Virus record (IMG/VR): IMGVR_UViG_3300009108_000010 | Location: 1-59,571 of that record | DNA length: 59,571 nucleotides | Source of the DNA: a virus | Taxonomy: Duplodnaviria; Caudoviricetes | Strand: one strand, 5' to 3' | In this document: in pieces, positions 20,770 through 29,968 of the stretch | How positions within the stretch are numbered: position 1 is the stretch's first letter | Layout of the letters: the number at the start of each line of letters is the position of its first letter | The notes under the pieces: model-generated | Databases searched by the model: none | What the model saw: the letters and a program-made list of their open reading frames with translations, nothing else | What the model was told of the DNA's origin: nothing | Made by a program: the position numbers and the translations under genes

Positions 20770-21520
20770 CTTTTACCTCCTTTCTTTTTTTCCAAATTAA
20801 TTTCATTTTTTTAGAAAGTATACCTTTAGTTTTATTTGAAATTGGATGACCTTTATGAGCTTTACTAAGTTTCTTTCTGGTTTCATCAGATACTTTATGT
20901 CCTAATAAAGATTGACGTATCTTTTCTTTTACTTCTGGTGGTCTACCATTACGACTTAATTTTTTTTGAAATTCACCTATCTTTTTTTTAGCTTCATCTG
21001 TTTGTTTCTTTCCAAACATACCATTATTAGAACCACTTAATTTCTCACTAAGTTTTTTTCTTGTTTCATCAGATACTTTCTGTCCTTTATGAGAGTCACT
21101 AAGTTTTTTTAAATAGTCAGGATCTTGATAACTTTCAACAGGTCTATAAAATTTACCACCTACATAAGAATTATAATAAGCAGGTTCATCTGTACCTTCT
21201 ATCACAGCAGTAAGTACATCCCATTTCATTTGATAGTATGCTTCATAGTATCGTAAACTTCTTTTGTTTTTATATTCTGCTATAACTTCAAAAGTAAAAT
21301 GTTCTTTACCTATCTTTTCTATATCAGCTTTAAGATACTTGGAAGAACCTATATAAGTTTCCCATTGCATTTTCTTTTTAGATTTACCTCTAAAATATTG
21401 CTTACAACCTACGTATGCTTTACCTGATTTCATATTGGTTATGATATAAACAAAACCAAACTTATCAAGATTAGGTACGAAAGATTCTTCAGTATCATAC
21501 CTAACCCAATGGTTTACCAT
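20744..21520 (-). CDS. GIY-YIG endonuclease with NUMOD3-type repeats (Seg-like homing endonuclease)
   Basis: GFVYIITN...YVGCK; repeated KVSDETRKKLS motifs. Confidence 0.8.
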   Translation of the reverse strand: MVNHWVRYDTEESFVPNLDKFGFVYIITNMKSGKAYVGCKQYFRGKSKKKMQWETYIGSSKYLKADIEKIGKEHFTFEVIAEYKNKRSLRYYEAYYQMKWDVLTAVIEGTDEPAYYNSYVGGKFYRPVESYQDPDYLKKLSDSHKGQKVSDETRKKLSEKLSGSNNGMFGKKQTDEAKKKIGEFQKKLSRNGRPPEVKEKIRQSLLGHKVSDETRKKLSKAHKGHPISNKTKGILSKKMKLIWKKRKEVKDVSKKVNV

Positions 21521-22377
21521 GTTGTAACTTCCTCTACATCAGGTGTCCTATTAACTTGCGTAAGAAACCTGTAACCTTTTGCATACTGAAATACACGTAA
21601 CCCTTTACCTTCATTCGCATCACTCCAACAAGTACGCTTATGTGGACAATAGATGCAACCAATAGCAAGCTTACGATTACCACTAGCTCCATCAGGCACA
21701 TCAGGATAACACTTATCAGGTGGATTGTCTTTCTCCATAACTCCTTTAAGATATTCAACTCTTTCTTTAGCATCAATCATTTCCATTGAATGTACATGTG
21801 TTAAACATATCTCTCCATTCTGTTTATTTATAACAAGGAATGCTCCTGCATCTACATTATTACCTTCAGCATAAGCTGATATTTGTGCTATATATCCAAA
21901 GGGATCATCAGCATGAAGATTTCCTTTAGCAAACTTCTCAAAGCTTTTACCTGATGCACTCTTACAATCAACCAATACACCATCAATCATACAATCTTGG
22001 TGTCCTTTAATACCACCAACATCAATTTGTTTTTGTTGATCAGTTACTGTATGTCCTGCAACACGTGTGAAGAGAAGTAATACTTCCTCAAGAATATGAC
22101 CATATAAAAACTTAATACGTGTACTAGGTTCTAATGGTATTACATCTTTGTCTGAATTTTTATCATACCAAAGTTGTCTTGCAGGTCTACCTATAGAAGA
22201 TAAACGTAAGTTACGTTTTACTGCAGGTTTCTCTTTAAAAAATTCAGTTACAACTTCTTTTAAACCATTCACAAATATATCTAAATTTTCTTCTAATTTT
22301 TTCTCATCTATTTTATTATCAATATTAGAATCAAATAAAGAATAAATATCTTTGACTAATGTATCTATTGTTTTCAT
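21514..22377 (-). CDS. PD-(D/E)XK (Cas4-like) exonuclease
   Basis: LRLSSIG, GHILE, GHQD...VDCKS, YIAQ...Y, C-terminal CIYC...C. Confidence 0.8.
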   Translation of the reverse strand: MKTIDTLVKDIYSLFDSNIDNKIDEKKLEENLDIFVNGLKEVVTEFFKEKPAVKRNLRLSSIGRPARQLWYDKNSDKDVIPLEPSTRIKFLYGHILEEVLLLFTRVAGHTVTDQQKQIDVGGIKGHQDCMIDGVLVDCKSASGKSFEKFAKGNLHADDPFGYIAQISAYAEGNNVDAGAFLVINKQNGEICLTHVHSMEMIDAKERVEYLKGVMEKDNPPDKCYPDVPDGASGNRKLAIGCIYCPHKRTCWSDANEGKGLRVFQYAKGYRFLTQVNRTPDVEEVTTW

Positions 22378-22380
22378 AAT

Positions 22381-22419
22381 AAATAATGGAGAGATACTCG
22401 TTCAGTAGCACCTCTCCAT
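22381..22419 (-). terminator. Terminator-like hairpin after ssb
   Basis: Minus strand atggagaggtgc...gtatctctccat followed by tattt. Confidence 0.5.
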
Positions 22420-22433
22420 CCTTTCTTGGTTGG

Positions 22434-22913
22434 TTAAGAAGCGAAAGACACTTCCTCATCAGATTCATTACTTACAAATCCATCAGGAACTATTTCAAAA
22501 GCTTCATCTGCATCAGCGTCTACATTGTAAGGTACTAAATTAGTTACCTGTATAGCACGTAAATCAGCAGATACTCCAGAACGACCTTTGAACTCCCATT
22601 CATATGTACTATAAAGTACATTGACTTCTGAACCATTACCAATTAATGTATTAATCATGGTACGTTTTTGTGCATCCTTAACTTCAGGTGCTTTATTCAT
22701 GCTACCATCCTTACGTCTAACTTTACGTTTAACAGTAACAAAATCTCCACGATCATCTCCTTTATTCTTAATTTCGAGACCATCATTTTTAGCAATCTCA
22801 ATGTTTTTCTTATCAAGATTACCTACGTCTATTGACCATACTCCATCTGAATCGAATGTAGTATTTGGGCTGACGATTGATGCCCAATATGCGTTTCCTT
22901 TTATTACACTCAT
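22434..22913 (-). CDS. ssb: Single-stranded DNA-binding protein (T7 gp2.5-like)
   Basis: G.AYWA...PNT.F, IGNGS.VNV, L.A.QV..LVPY, acidic tail; replication-module position. Confidence 0.8.
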   Translation of the reverse strand: MSVIKGNAYWASIVSPNTTFDSDGVWSIDVGNLDKKNIEIAKNDGLEIKNKGDDRGDFVTVKRKVRRKDGSMNKAPEVKDAQKRTMINTLIGNGSEVNVLYSTYEWEFKGRSGVSADLRAIQVTNLVPYNVDADADEAFEIVPDGFVSNESDEEVSFAS

Positions 22914-22946
22914 AGGTGTACTCCTTTTCTAGTTATTAATAAAGTA

Positions 22947-22975
22947 ATTATGACACATCTAATTAGAAATGTCAA
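22947..22975 (-). promoter_or_regulatory. sigma70-type promoter for ssb
   Basis: TTGACA-17 bp-CATAAT; shares TGTGTCATAATTAC with the hsp20 promoter. Confidence 0.75.
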
Positions 22976-23504
22976 CAGTTTTTTTCCATATAAAAGTATT
23001 TTTTAATTCTAATATCTTGGACATCTCCATCCTAGATATTAAATCTTTTTTACCCTGATATAATCTACCCCAAACTTTGTATTCAGCATCCTTATAACTA
23101 GAAACTCTGTCATTTCTATTCACAAGTTTATGTGCCAGAACTACTAATTCTTTTGTACTACAAAATACAAAATCTTTTATTCTTTCAAACACTATGTAGT
23201 CAGCACTACCATAGAGCCAACCTTTATCACCCATAGTATTTAAAAATTCTACAACAATCCAAGTATCATCAGGTACTCTACTTTTATTCCCTGTCCTTAT
23301 AGCTTTTACATCTACACTAAACTCCTTTCCATCTTTTTGTAGCACTAAATCTATATGCTGTTTTATATTTTGTTCTTCAGAAGCAATCCATATATTATAA
23401 TCTCTCTTCTTTGCTTCCTTAACAAAATAGTTTTCTACTGCTATACCACGTTTGATATAATCAGCATGATCTTTTCTACCTTTAAATTCCTGTACTTCCA
23501 TCAA
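22959..23504 (-). CDS. PD-(D/E)XK-like nuclease
   Basis: G...E...HIDL...SVDVKA...VEF.N..G..GW. Confidence 0.6.
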   Translation of the reverse strand: MMEVQEFKGRKDHADYIKRGIAVENYFVKEAKKRDYNIWIASEEQNIKQHIDLVLQKDGKEFSVDVKAIRTGNKSRVPDDTWIVVEFLNTMGDKGWLYGSADYIVFERIKDFVFCSTKELVVLAHKLVNRNDRVSSYKDAEYKVWGRLYQGKKDLISRMEMSKILELKNTFIWKKTVDISN

Positions 23505-24066
23505 AGTCTCCTTTCAAATATTTAATAGCTCTCTCAAGACCTTCTATAGTATCTCCCATTGCTCCTAATCCTGTATTACAAGTTCTACATAACCAACCTC
23601 TAAACTCTCCTGTTTTATGGTCATGGTCAAGATGCCAAGCACTCTTTAAATCATATTTTCTTTTATAAATATTATAGTCTTTATCTACAATTATTTGATT
23701 ACTAAAAATTTCTTCTTCATTTTTTTTACATATAGGACAATGATAACCTTCAGGAGGGTTAGGATACATACGTAATCTAGCATGTCTTCCTGCTCTTCCT
23801 TTAGCATCACACTCTTTACAAGTATTAAATAAAACAAATAGCTGAACATCTCCTTTATGTGTTTGTCTACGAACAGGAAAAAAACTTCCTTCTTTTTTTT
23901 GAGGAGGTATTATATTTTTAGTATTAAAAGAATGAACAGGTTTAACTTTTTCACACTCTCTACATTTATGTGTAGATATATCATCAGATATATAATCTTC
24001 TTCATTCATATCAAACAAAGTAAATTGTTCTAATGTGTCTGTGCCCATGTCTTTCCTACCTTCCAT
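23482..24066 (-). CDS. Endonuclease VII family nuclease
   Basis: CPIC...HLDHDHKTGEFRGWLCRTCNTGLG; N-terminal CxxC pair. Confidence 0.85.
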   Translation of the reverse strand: MEGRKDMGTDTLEQFTLFDMNEEDYISDDISTHKCRECEKVKPVHSFNTKNIIPPQKKEGSFFPVRRQTHKGDVQLFVLFNTCKECDAKGRAGRHARLRMYPNPPEGYHCPICKKNEEEIFSNQIIVDKDYNIYKRKYDLKSAWHLDHDHKTGEFRGWLCRTCNTGLGAMGDTIEGLERAIKYLKGDFDGSTGI

Positions 24067-25664
24067 TCATTATCTAGAGGACATTTCATTTGTAATTGTA
24101 TCTCAGTATCTTTCATAGCATCCTTTGTTACTCTTCCAAATTTATTAATGTCTTTGTTAGCTACTTCAAATTGGTATTCATCATGTATAGATGCAATAAG
24201 TTTAGCATCCACACCTGTTTGTTTAATACGTTTAATCATATTGATTAACCATAGCTTACATACTACTGCTCCAGCACCCTGTATAAGGGTGTTTAAAGCA
24301 CTATGTGGGCTTCTTATACGTAATAACCTACCATCTATACCCTTAATAACACCTTTCCTTGATGCTTTCGTAACAGAATCACGTACTCTTTTTAATGCTG
24401 GCATATTAGAAAGGAATTTATTAATTAATATCTGTCCTTCCTTTGCACCTGCTCCAACAATCTTACCTATCTTAGATGCACCTGCACCATACATAAATGC
24501 ATAGATAAATGTCTTTGCCTGATCTCGATTAGTTAATCCTGCCATTTTCATATTAGCTGTATGGACATCTCCTGTTAATAATATATCTGTAAACTTTTTA
24601 TCATTCATTAAATGAGCAAGACATCTTAATTCTAATCCACTTGCATCAGTACCTACTATAGAATGAGTATAAGGATTATCAATAGTCCAACAATCCCTAC
24701 ACTCTTTTCCATAGGGAGAACGAACTGCAGGAACTTGAGCCATGTTAGGTGAATGATGTGCCATACGACCTGTAATAGTTTTTAATGTATGTACTCTCCC
24801 ATGTACTCTACCATCTGTATCACTACATGCTTCTATCCATGACTTAATTTGTGCTATACGTTTTTGTAATAATAAAAATCTTGAAAACTTTTTAGCTTCA
24901 GGTATATCTAAACTATCTAATACTTCTTCACTTACTATTATGTTACCTTTATCTGTATGATGTGTTGGTTTCCAACCTAGATTTACTAATTGTTCTGCAA
25001 TCTGTTGTCTTGAACCTATATTAAATGGTATATATTTTGTTTTTGTTTTTAATTCTATAACTGTTGGATCAAAATGTGTTCTTCCCCACTTCTCTAACTC
25101 ATATGCTTCATCTTTTAATTGATTAAATAAACACATAGTCTTCTGTAAATCTAAAGCAAACCCATTTGATTCTTGTTGATTAACAATTAATCTTACTCTA
25201 TGCTCAAGATTGATAGAAGATTTAGAAAATCCTTTACCTTCCTGTTTTAAAATATCATAAAGTTTATGAGTTATATTCACATCCTGTTTACAATACTCTA
25301 ACATATCATCTGTATATATATCAAAAGTTTCTACTTCTCCTTTAGGCATTTGTAATTTCTTACCCCATGCTTCCAAGCTATGACCATCATCTCGAATAGG
25401 ATTAAATAGTTGTGATAGTATTAACGTATCTACAATCTGACTAGGTTTTATATTTGTATTCAATAACTTATTAAGAATAGGTGCATCAAAAGATAAACCA
25501 TTATGCATAATAAATTGGTCTACTCCATGTGACCAATCTCTAAATCCATGCAACAGGTCAGGTGGAAAAGGATAGACCTTACCTGTATCTATATCTTTAG
25601 CCACTACACAATGAACTACTGTAGGATTTAAACTGTCTGTTTCTATATCAACTACTGCTCTCAT
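24030..25664 (-). CDS. polA: DNA polymerase family A with 3'-5' exonuclease
   Basis: ExoI DIETD, HNGLSFD, YCKQD; motif A DASGLELR; motif B RDQAKTFIYAFMYG (Tyr at the 762-equivalent site); motif C IHDE; start at MRAVVDIE (25664) preferred. Confidence 0.95.
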   Translation of the reverse strand: MRAVVDIETDSLNPTVVHCVVAKDIDTGKVYPFPPDLLHGFRDWSHGVDQFIMHNGLSFDAPILNKLLNTNIKPSQIVDTLILSQLFNPIRDDGHSLEAWGKKLQMPKGEVETFDIYTDDMLEYCKQDVNITHKLYDILKQEGKGFSKSSINLEHRVRLIVNQQESNGFALDLQKTMCLFNQLKDEAYELEKWGRTHFDPTVIELKTKTKYIPFNIGSRQQIAEQLVNLGWKPTHHTDKGNIIVSEEVLDSLDIPEAKKFSRFLLLQKRIAQIKSWIEACSDTDGRVHGRVHTLKTITGRMAHHSPNMAQVPAVRSPYGKECRDCWTIDNPYTHSIVGTDASGLELRCLAHLMNDKKFTDILLTGDVHTANMKMAGLTNRDQAKTFIYAFMYGAGASKIGKIVGAGAKEGQILINKFLSNMPALKRVRDSVTKASRKGVIKGIDGRLLRIRSPHSALNTLIQGAGAVVCKLWLINMIKRIKQTGVDAKLIASIHDEYQFEVANKDINKFGRVTKDAMKDTEIQLQMKCPLDNEWKVGKTWAQTH

Positions 25665-25911
25665 TTTCCTTCCACTCACAATCTTCTGTTGCACCACACC
25701 AATTACATTCTTCATCTTTACCAATAGACATTTCTGTTTCTTCCACAGGACAATAGTGATCCCACATTTTATCTTTAGGTAGGTAAACCATTACAAAAGA
25801 ATCACATTGAGGACAATGTAAATTTGTTTCTATACAGTACTCAGAATCTTCTTCTTCAATGTCATGGTCTCCACCCCATATTAATTCTGTATTACAATAC
25901 CAACATTTCAT
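25648..25911 (-). CDS. Small double zinc-ribbon protein
   Basis: CWYC...CPQC and HYC...CNWC. Confidence 0.6.
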   Translation of the reverse strand: MKCWYCNTELIWGGDHDIEEEDSEYCIETNLHCPQCDSFVMVYLPKDKMWDHYCPVEETEMSIGKDEECNWCGATEDCEWKENESSS

Positions 25912-27572
25912 TAAAATGGTATCTCCTCATCACCAGAATTATTATCATCTACTTCATAAGGATTAGAAATTTCTTTCATACGACCTGTCTCTCTATCATA
26001 AAATAAGTGTGTAGCTATACCTGTATCTCCTGTATATCTATTCTTTAATATGCGTATGGTAGTTGTATTTGCTAACACTTCATCTTCAGCTTGTTGGTCT
26101 CTCTCTAATGCTACAACACTATCAGATAGGTGAGCAATAGAAGCAGAACCACGAAGATGTGATAGAGAGACTTCCTTCCCATCCTCATGTCCTCTATCTC
26201 CTGTAGGTCTACGTAAGTGTGACACTAATAGTAATCCTATACCTGTTTGTTCTACTAATGAACGTAACTTAGTCATAAGAATATCAATAGATTTTCTTTC
26301 ATCATTATCTTCCTGACCTGATACAAGGATAGATAGATGGTCAAGGAATATCCATTTACAATCCAATGCCTGTGCCATGAACCTAACTCTTGAAAGTATT
26401 TCATCATTATTAATAGAACCAAAGTGGTCAAAAGCAAAGAACCTTCCTGTACCTACAGTATTATCAAACCATGTATCTAATTCTTCTTGACTATATTTCT
26501 TACGTACTTCATTAATATATAATCTAGCATTAGCATCTACTGACATGATATTAAAGGTAGTATTTTTTATACCTTCTTCCAATGCAAGTATACCTACATT
26601 ATCATTTGTATTCTTTAACATATGATACATCAACTCTCTCATAATAGAAGACTTACCCATACCTGCACCACTTGTAAAGGTAATTAACTCACCTGTACGC
26701 ATACCATAAGTCTTATCATTTAATTTAGTCCAAGGATAAAGACATGTCTCACAATACTCTTCTTCAAATAATGTACTCTTTAAATCTTTTAGATTAACTA
26801 TTCCTGCAGGTGTAAATGGTTGTGCATTCCACCATGCTCTAGTAAATTCTTCACGTTTATTTACTTGTAAATATTCATTCGCATCTTTGTGTTCCATATG
26901 CATAATCTTACACTTGTTAGGTGAAAATAATTGTGCAACCTTTTCACTTGCTTCTCTACCTTGCTTGTCCATATCAAATGATATAACTATCTGGTCAAAG
27001 CTATCAAGATATTCAAATGCTTTTTTACAATCACGTAATGCTGACCCTGCTCCTGTCTTAATAGAAACACATGCCCACTTGCTACCTAGTAATTCGTAAG
27101 CAGACATGGCATCTACTTCACCCTCAGTTATAGTTATATATTTACCATTAGGAGCAAAGATATTCTGACCAAACAATAATGCTTCAGTCATATTACCTTC
27201 AACCCACATATCTTTGGTAGAAACATTACGTACTTTATTTCCTATATTATTTCCACTCTCATCAAAGTATTTATAGATGTGATGGGTATTCATATTTCCA
27301 TTTACCTTCACATCTGTATTATATTTTTGTGCAGTTTCTTTAGATATACTACGTTCAGTTAATGCACCTAAAGTACCTACAGTTTTTATATTACTTTCTC
27401 TCTTCATAGGTATTATTGTTTCTGTTTGCATACTCTCTCCAAATCTAGTTTCACAGACAAAGCAAAAGCTATATCCCTCTGAATGGTTTACATTACCATC
27501 ACTAGAGCCACACTTAGGACAAGCACCTCTGTCTAACCATTTTTTATCCATGTTATTATTCCAATTCATCAA
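25911..27572 (-). CDS. T7 gp4-like primase-helicase
   Basis: Zn finger CPKC...CFVC, TOPRIM ITEGEVD...FDMD, Walker A SGAGMGKS, FLDHLS, SHLRR, LRGS, LKNR. Confidence 0.95.
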   Translation of the reverse strand: MMNWNNNMDKKWLDRGACPKCGSSDGNVNHSEGYSFCFVCETRFGESMQTETIIPMKRESNIKTVGTLGALTERSISKETAQKYNTDVKVNGNMNTHHIYKYFDESGNNIGNKVRNVSTKDMWVEGNMTEALLFGQNIFAPNGKYITITEGEVDAMSAYELLGSKWACVSIKTGAGSALRDCKKAFEYLDSFDQIVISFDMDKQGREASEKVAQLFSPNKCKIMHMEHKDANEYLQVNKREEFTRAWWNAQPFTPAGIVNLKDLKSTLFEEEYCETCLYPWTKLNDKTYGMRTGELITFTSGAGMGKSSIMRELMYHMLKNTNDNVGILALEEGIKNTTFNIMSVDANARLYINEVRKKYSQEELDTWFDNTVGTGRFFAFDHFGSINNDEILSRVRFMAQALDCKWIFLDHLSILVSGQEDNDERKSIDILMTKLRSLVEQTGIGLLLVSHLRRPTGDRGHEDGKEVSLSHLRGSASIAHLSDSVVALERDQQAEDEVLANTTTIRILKNRYTGDTGIATHLFYDRETGRMKEISNPYEVDDNNSGDEEIPF

Positions 27573-27741
27573 ATGAATTATCCCACAATTCTTCTACAAA
27601 GTCAAGCTTATCTTGCATAACTTCTTTAGTGTCTTGTTTAGCTAATGTTTTAGCTTCTTCTAAATCATATCCTTCTGTCAGATATTCTTTTAGAAACTCA
27701 CGATAAACTTGACTTTGCTCTCTCTTCAAATCTTCAATCAT
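27556..27741 (-). CDS. Hypothetical protein
   Basis: 61 aa acidic, in operon. Confidence 0.55.
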   Translation of the reverse strand: MIEDLKREQSQVYREFLKEYLTEGYDLEEAKTLAKQDTKEVMQDKLDFVEELWDNSFDELE

Positions 27742-27743
27742 CT

Positions 27744-28190
27744 TTAGTCTACCTTACGTTTCCATGCTCTTGGGTCGTCAGAAAATACATGGTCACCCCA
27801 ATGATTAGGATAGTGGTCACCCTCTCTGTCTGCTTCAGCAGATATTTTAGGTGAGATACCATATAATTCTTTCATGTCATCTAGTAAATCTAAAAGGTTT
27901 TCTATTTCCCAGGCAGTCACATACTTAATGCCTGAGTCTCTATAACTTTGTAGAAAGTCATTACCTGCATTAAAAATATCAAGCAATCCTTTCTTTTGTT
28001 TATCATTTAAAGTCATCTCTACTTTAGGTGTTGTTGCTTTAGCCATGTTTTTACTCCTTTCATATGCTTTAGCTTCGTTTTCTATCCATTGGATAAAACT
28101 ATTTTTAGACATCTTTTTTTCCTTTCTTTTTTCTAAAAGTTTTCTTTGTGTACCATCAAAGTCAAACCAAAATCCTCTGGCATCACTCAT
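27744..28190 (-). CDS. Hypothetical protein
   Basis: 148 aa, in operon; internal SD+ATG options. Confidence 0.55.
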   Translation of the reverse strand: MSDARGFWFDFDGTQRKLLEKRKEKKMSKNSFIQWIENEAKAYERSKNMAKATTPKVEMTLNDKQKKGLLDIFNAGNDFLQSYRDSGIKYVTAWEIENLLDLLDDMKELYGISPKISAEADREGDHYPNHWGDHVFSDDPRAWKRKVD

Positions 28191-28404
28191 CTTTTTTCTC
28201 CTCTATATGTGTAGCATCAGGATTTTCATTAGGCATAGCCCATCCTGATGGTGTTGTATAATGGTCATTATGTCCTGCTCTTTTTCTTTCTTCATGTAAT
28301 GCTTCTGTTAATTCTTTTATTCTTATGTAAGCATTTTGTAATTGTCCTTGTAAATCCTTTACATTTTTACGTAACAATTCTATTTCATTAAATCTTTTAA
28401 TCAT
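28183..28404 (-). CDS. Hypothetical coiled-coil protein
   Basis: LRKNVKDLQGQLQNAYIRIKEL. Confidence 0.55.
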   Translation of the reverse strand: MIKRFNEIELLRKNVKDLQGQLQNAYIRIKELTEALHEERKRAGHNDHYTTPSGWAMPNENPDATHIEEKKDE

Positions 28405-28535
28405 CTTCCTTGTCCTCTATATTTTTTCCATGTTCTACGTTTATGTTTATTTAATGGTCTGCTCAAAGGTGAACGACCAATAGTAGTTTTCTTTCTGACG
28501 TGTTCGTTTCTGTAAACAAAATTAATTCTCATCAT
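28401..28535 (-). CDS. Small basic protein (44 aa, not in ORF track)
   Basis: ...RKKTTIGRS...NKHKRRTWKKYRGQGR; fills the gap with an ATGA overlap. Confidence 0.6.
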   Translation of the reverse strand: MMRINFVYRNEHVRKKTTIGRSPLSRPLNKHKRRTWKKYRGQGR

Positions 28536-29016
28536 AATCCTTTAAATAAAATAAATGTGTACCTATTTTATTAATAAAATAAAATTTATTTGCCCATTTA
28601 GGACGTACATAAACTGCATGATAATGTGTAGCACCTAATGTATCATGTAGTTCTACACCATTCAAAGCAAAATCAGCTATTGTATATGCATCTGCTTTAG
28701 CTTTTATATTTAACATACGTTCATGTTTTCCATCACAATAATAAGAAAAAGCACATCTGTTTCTTACTATATTATTCTTCCAATATACACCATCATGCAC
28801 AACTTTGCAAATAGTATTTGGAAAATCATCTCTTCTTAATCTTTCAAGTATTACATTAGCTACTGCTAATTTACCTTCAAAACTTTCTGACCTTGCTTCA
28901 TAATAAACTGCTTCAGCTAAACAATCTCTCCCATCATCAGCCATTACACTTATTGTCCAAACATATAACATGAGGATAAATATAAAAAAATAAATACTTC
29001 CTATTATATATCTCAT
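28522..29016 (-). CDS. Cell wall hydrolase, SleB/Hydrolase_2 family
   Basis: CLAEAVYYEARSE...AVANVI..R....FPNTIC.VV...C.FSYYCDG...GATHYHA..V.P.W...IG.H.FY; N-terminal TM. Confidence 0.9.
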   Translation of the reverse strand: MRYIIGSIYFFIFILMLYVWTISVMADDGRDCLAEAVYYEARSESFEGKLAVANVILERLRRDDFPNTICKVVHDGVYWKNNIVRNRCAFSYYCDGKHERMLNIKAKADAYTIADFALNGVELHDTLGATHYHAVYVRPKWANKFYFINKIGTHLFYLKDYDEN

Positions 29017-29291
29017 TTCTTAATAACTTTCCATTTAGTTTTTAATTCCTGTCTATATCCAAAGAAATCACTACACCAATCTCCATGTCGTAGATAATGA
29101 TTAATCATTCTTATATATCCTTCAACATTTGCTTTCTCTGCTATAGCTCCCTTTTCTTTTTCTCTAACTCTACGTTTAAGTGAAGGTAAAAGTTTCTTAT
29201 TATATTCCAACCATTCTAATACAGTTCTTACATTGAACGTGGCATCTTCTCCTAATTTTAATACACTCTCATGTATCTGTGATTTATGCAT
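29013..29291 (-). CDS. Hypothetical protein
   Basis: 92 aa, SD aaggag. Confidence 0.6.
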   Translation of the reverse strand: MHKSQIHESVLKLGEDATFNVRTVLEWLEYNKKLLPSLKRRVREKEKGAIAEKANVEGYIRMINHYLRHGDWCSDFFGYRQELKTKWKVIKK

Positions 29292-29393
29292 TATTTTTCT
29301 CCTTTAAATTAATTTGTGGGCGAGAACTTGGTCTGCATTTCGTTGAGTTCTCATTAAGTGAATTGCCCTAGGATAACCTATCACACCCACACT

Positions 29394-29585
29394 CTATTGT
29401 ACTCTCATTATTAATAAACCATCATCTTCAAATGGCTCTACATTAACACCTGTTTTTACATATAATTTGGAGATGTATGCTCTAGCTTCTGCTTCTGTTT
29501 TAAAAATTATAGTTTCTCCATTAAAATGTGTTAGCTGTTCTATGATAACATCTTCATCTTTTGTTGGATAACCTATTATAAACAT
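29394..29585 (-). CDS. Hypothetical protein
   Basis: Likely start MFIIGYP after SD ggag (ORF track extends to 29660). Confidence 0.5.
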   Translation of the reverse strand: MFIIGYPTKDEDVIIEQLTHFNGETIIFKTEAEARAYISKLYVKTGVNVEPFEDDGLLIMRVQ

Positions 29586-29637
29586 TATACTACTCCAAAC
29601 GTACCTAAAAACATCATAACTATAATATATAATACCC

Positions 29638-29667
29638 ATAGTAACACAATATACTTGCATAAGTCAA
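29638..29667 (-). promoter_or_regulatory. Possible sigma70-type promoter
   Basis: TTGACT-18 bp-TACTAT preceded by TGTGT, as in the ssb and hsp20 promoters. Confidence 0.45.
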
Positions 29668-29687
29668 ATAGTTTTTTTATTATTATA

Positions 29688-29966
29688 TTAATCACTCTTA
29701 ACCTCTTGATTTATATAGTGTCTTTTCAAACAAGCCCTTACAAAATCATAGTGTTGTCTATATATCTTCTGTGCTTTAGGTAATCTCTTTCCATCTCCCA
29801 TGATGTCATGCAGGTCATGGTAACTCCATTGCATAGTAGACCTACGAAACATTTCTTCTGCTATTTCTCTAACAAAACTTTTATAAACTTCTCTGTCTAT
29901 GGTAACTTGTTTTTCTTTTGTTGGTTTAATTATATTACTTTCTCCAAACATCATATCATCAGTCAT
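29688..29966 (-). CDS. Hypothetical protein
   Basis: 92 aa, SD ggag. Confidence 0.55.
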   Translation of the reverse strand: MTDDMMFGESNIIKPTKEKQVTIDREVYKSFVREIAEEMFRRSTMQWSYHDLHDIMGDGKRLPKAQKIYRQHYDFVRACLKRHYINQEVKSD

Positions 29967-29968
29967 CT

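Noticed and set aside
24030-25724. DnaJ-type insertion or intein in the polymerase; 20-aa N-terminal extension
   Set aside because: No CxxCxGxG repeats or intein motifs; the extension overlaps the upstream zinc-ribbon gene, so the start was moved to 25664
29315-29391. Hammerhead ribozyme or tRNA (minus strand has ttaatgag...cgaaa)
   Set aside because: Core deviates from CUGANGA at invariant positions and the stems do not fit; no cloverleaf or T-loop
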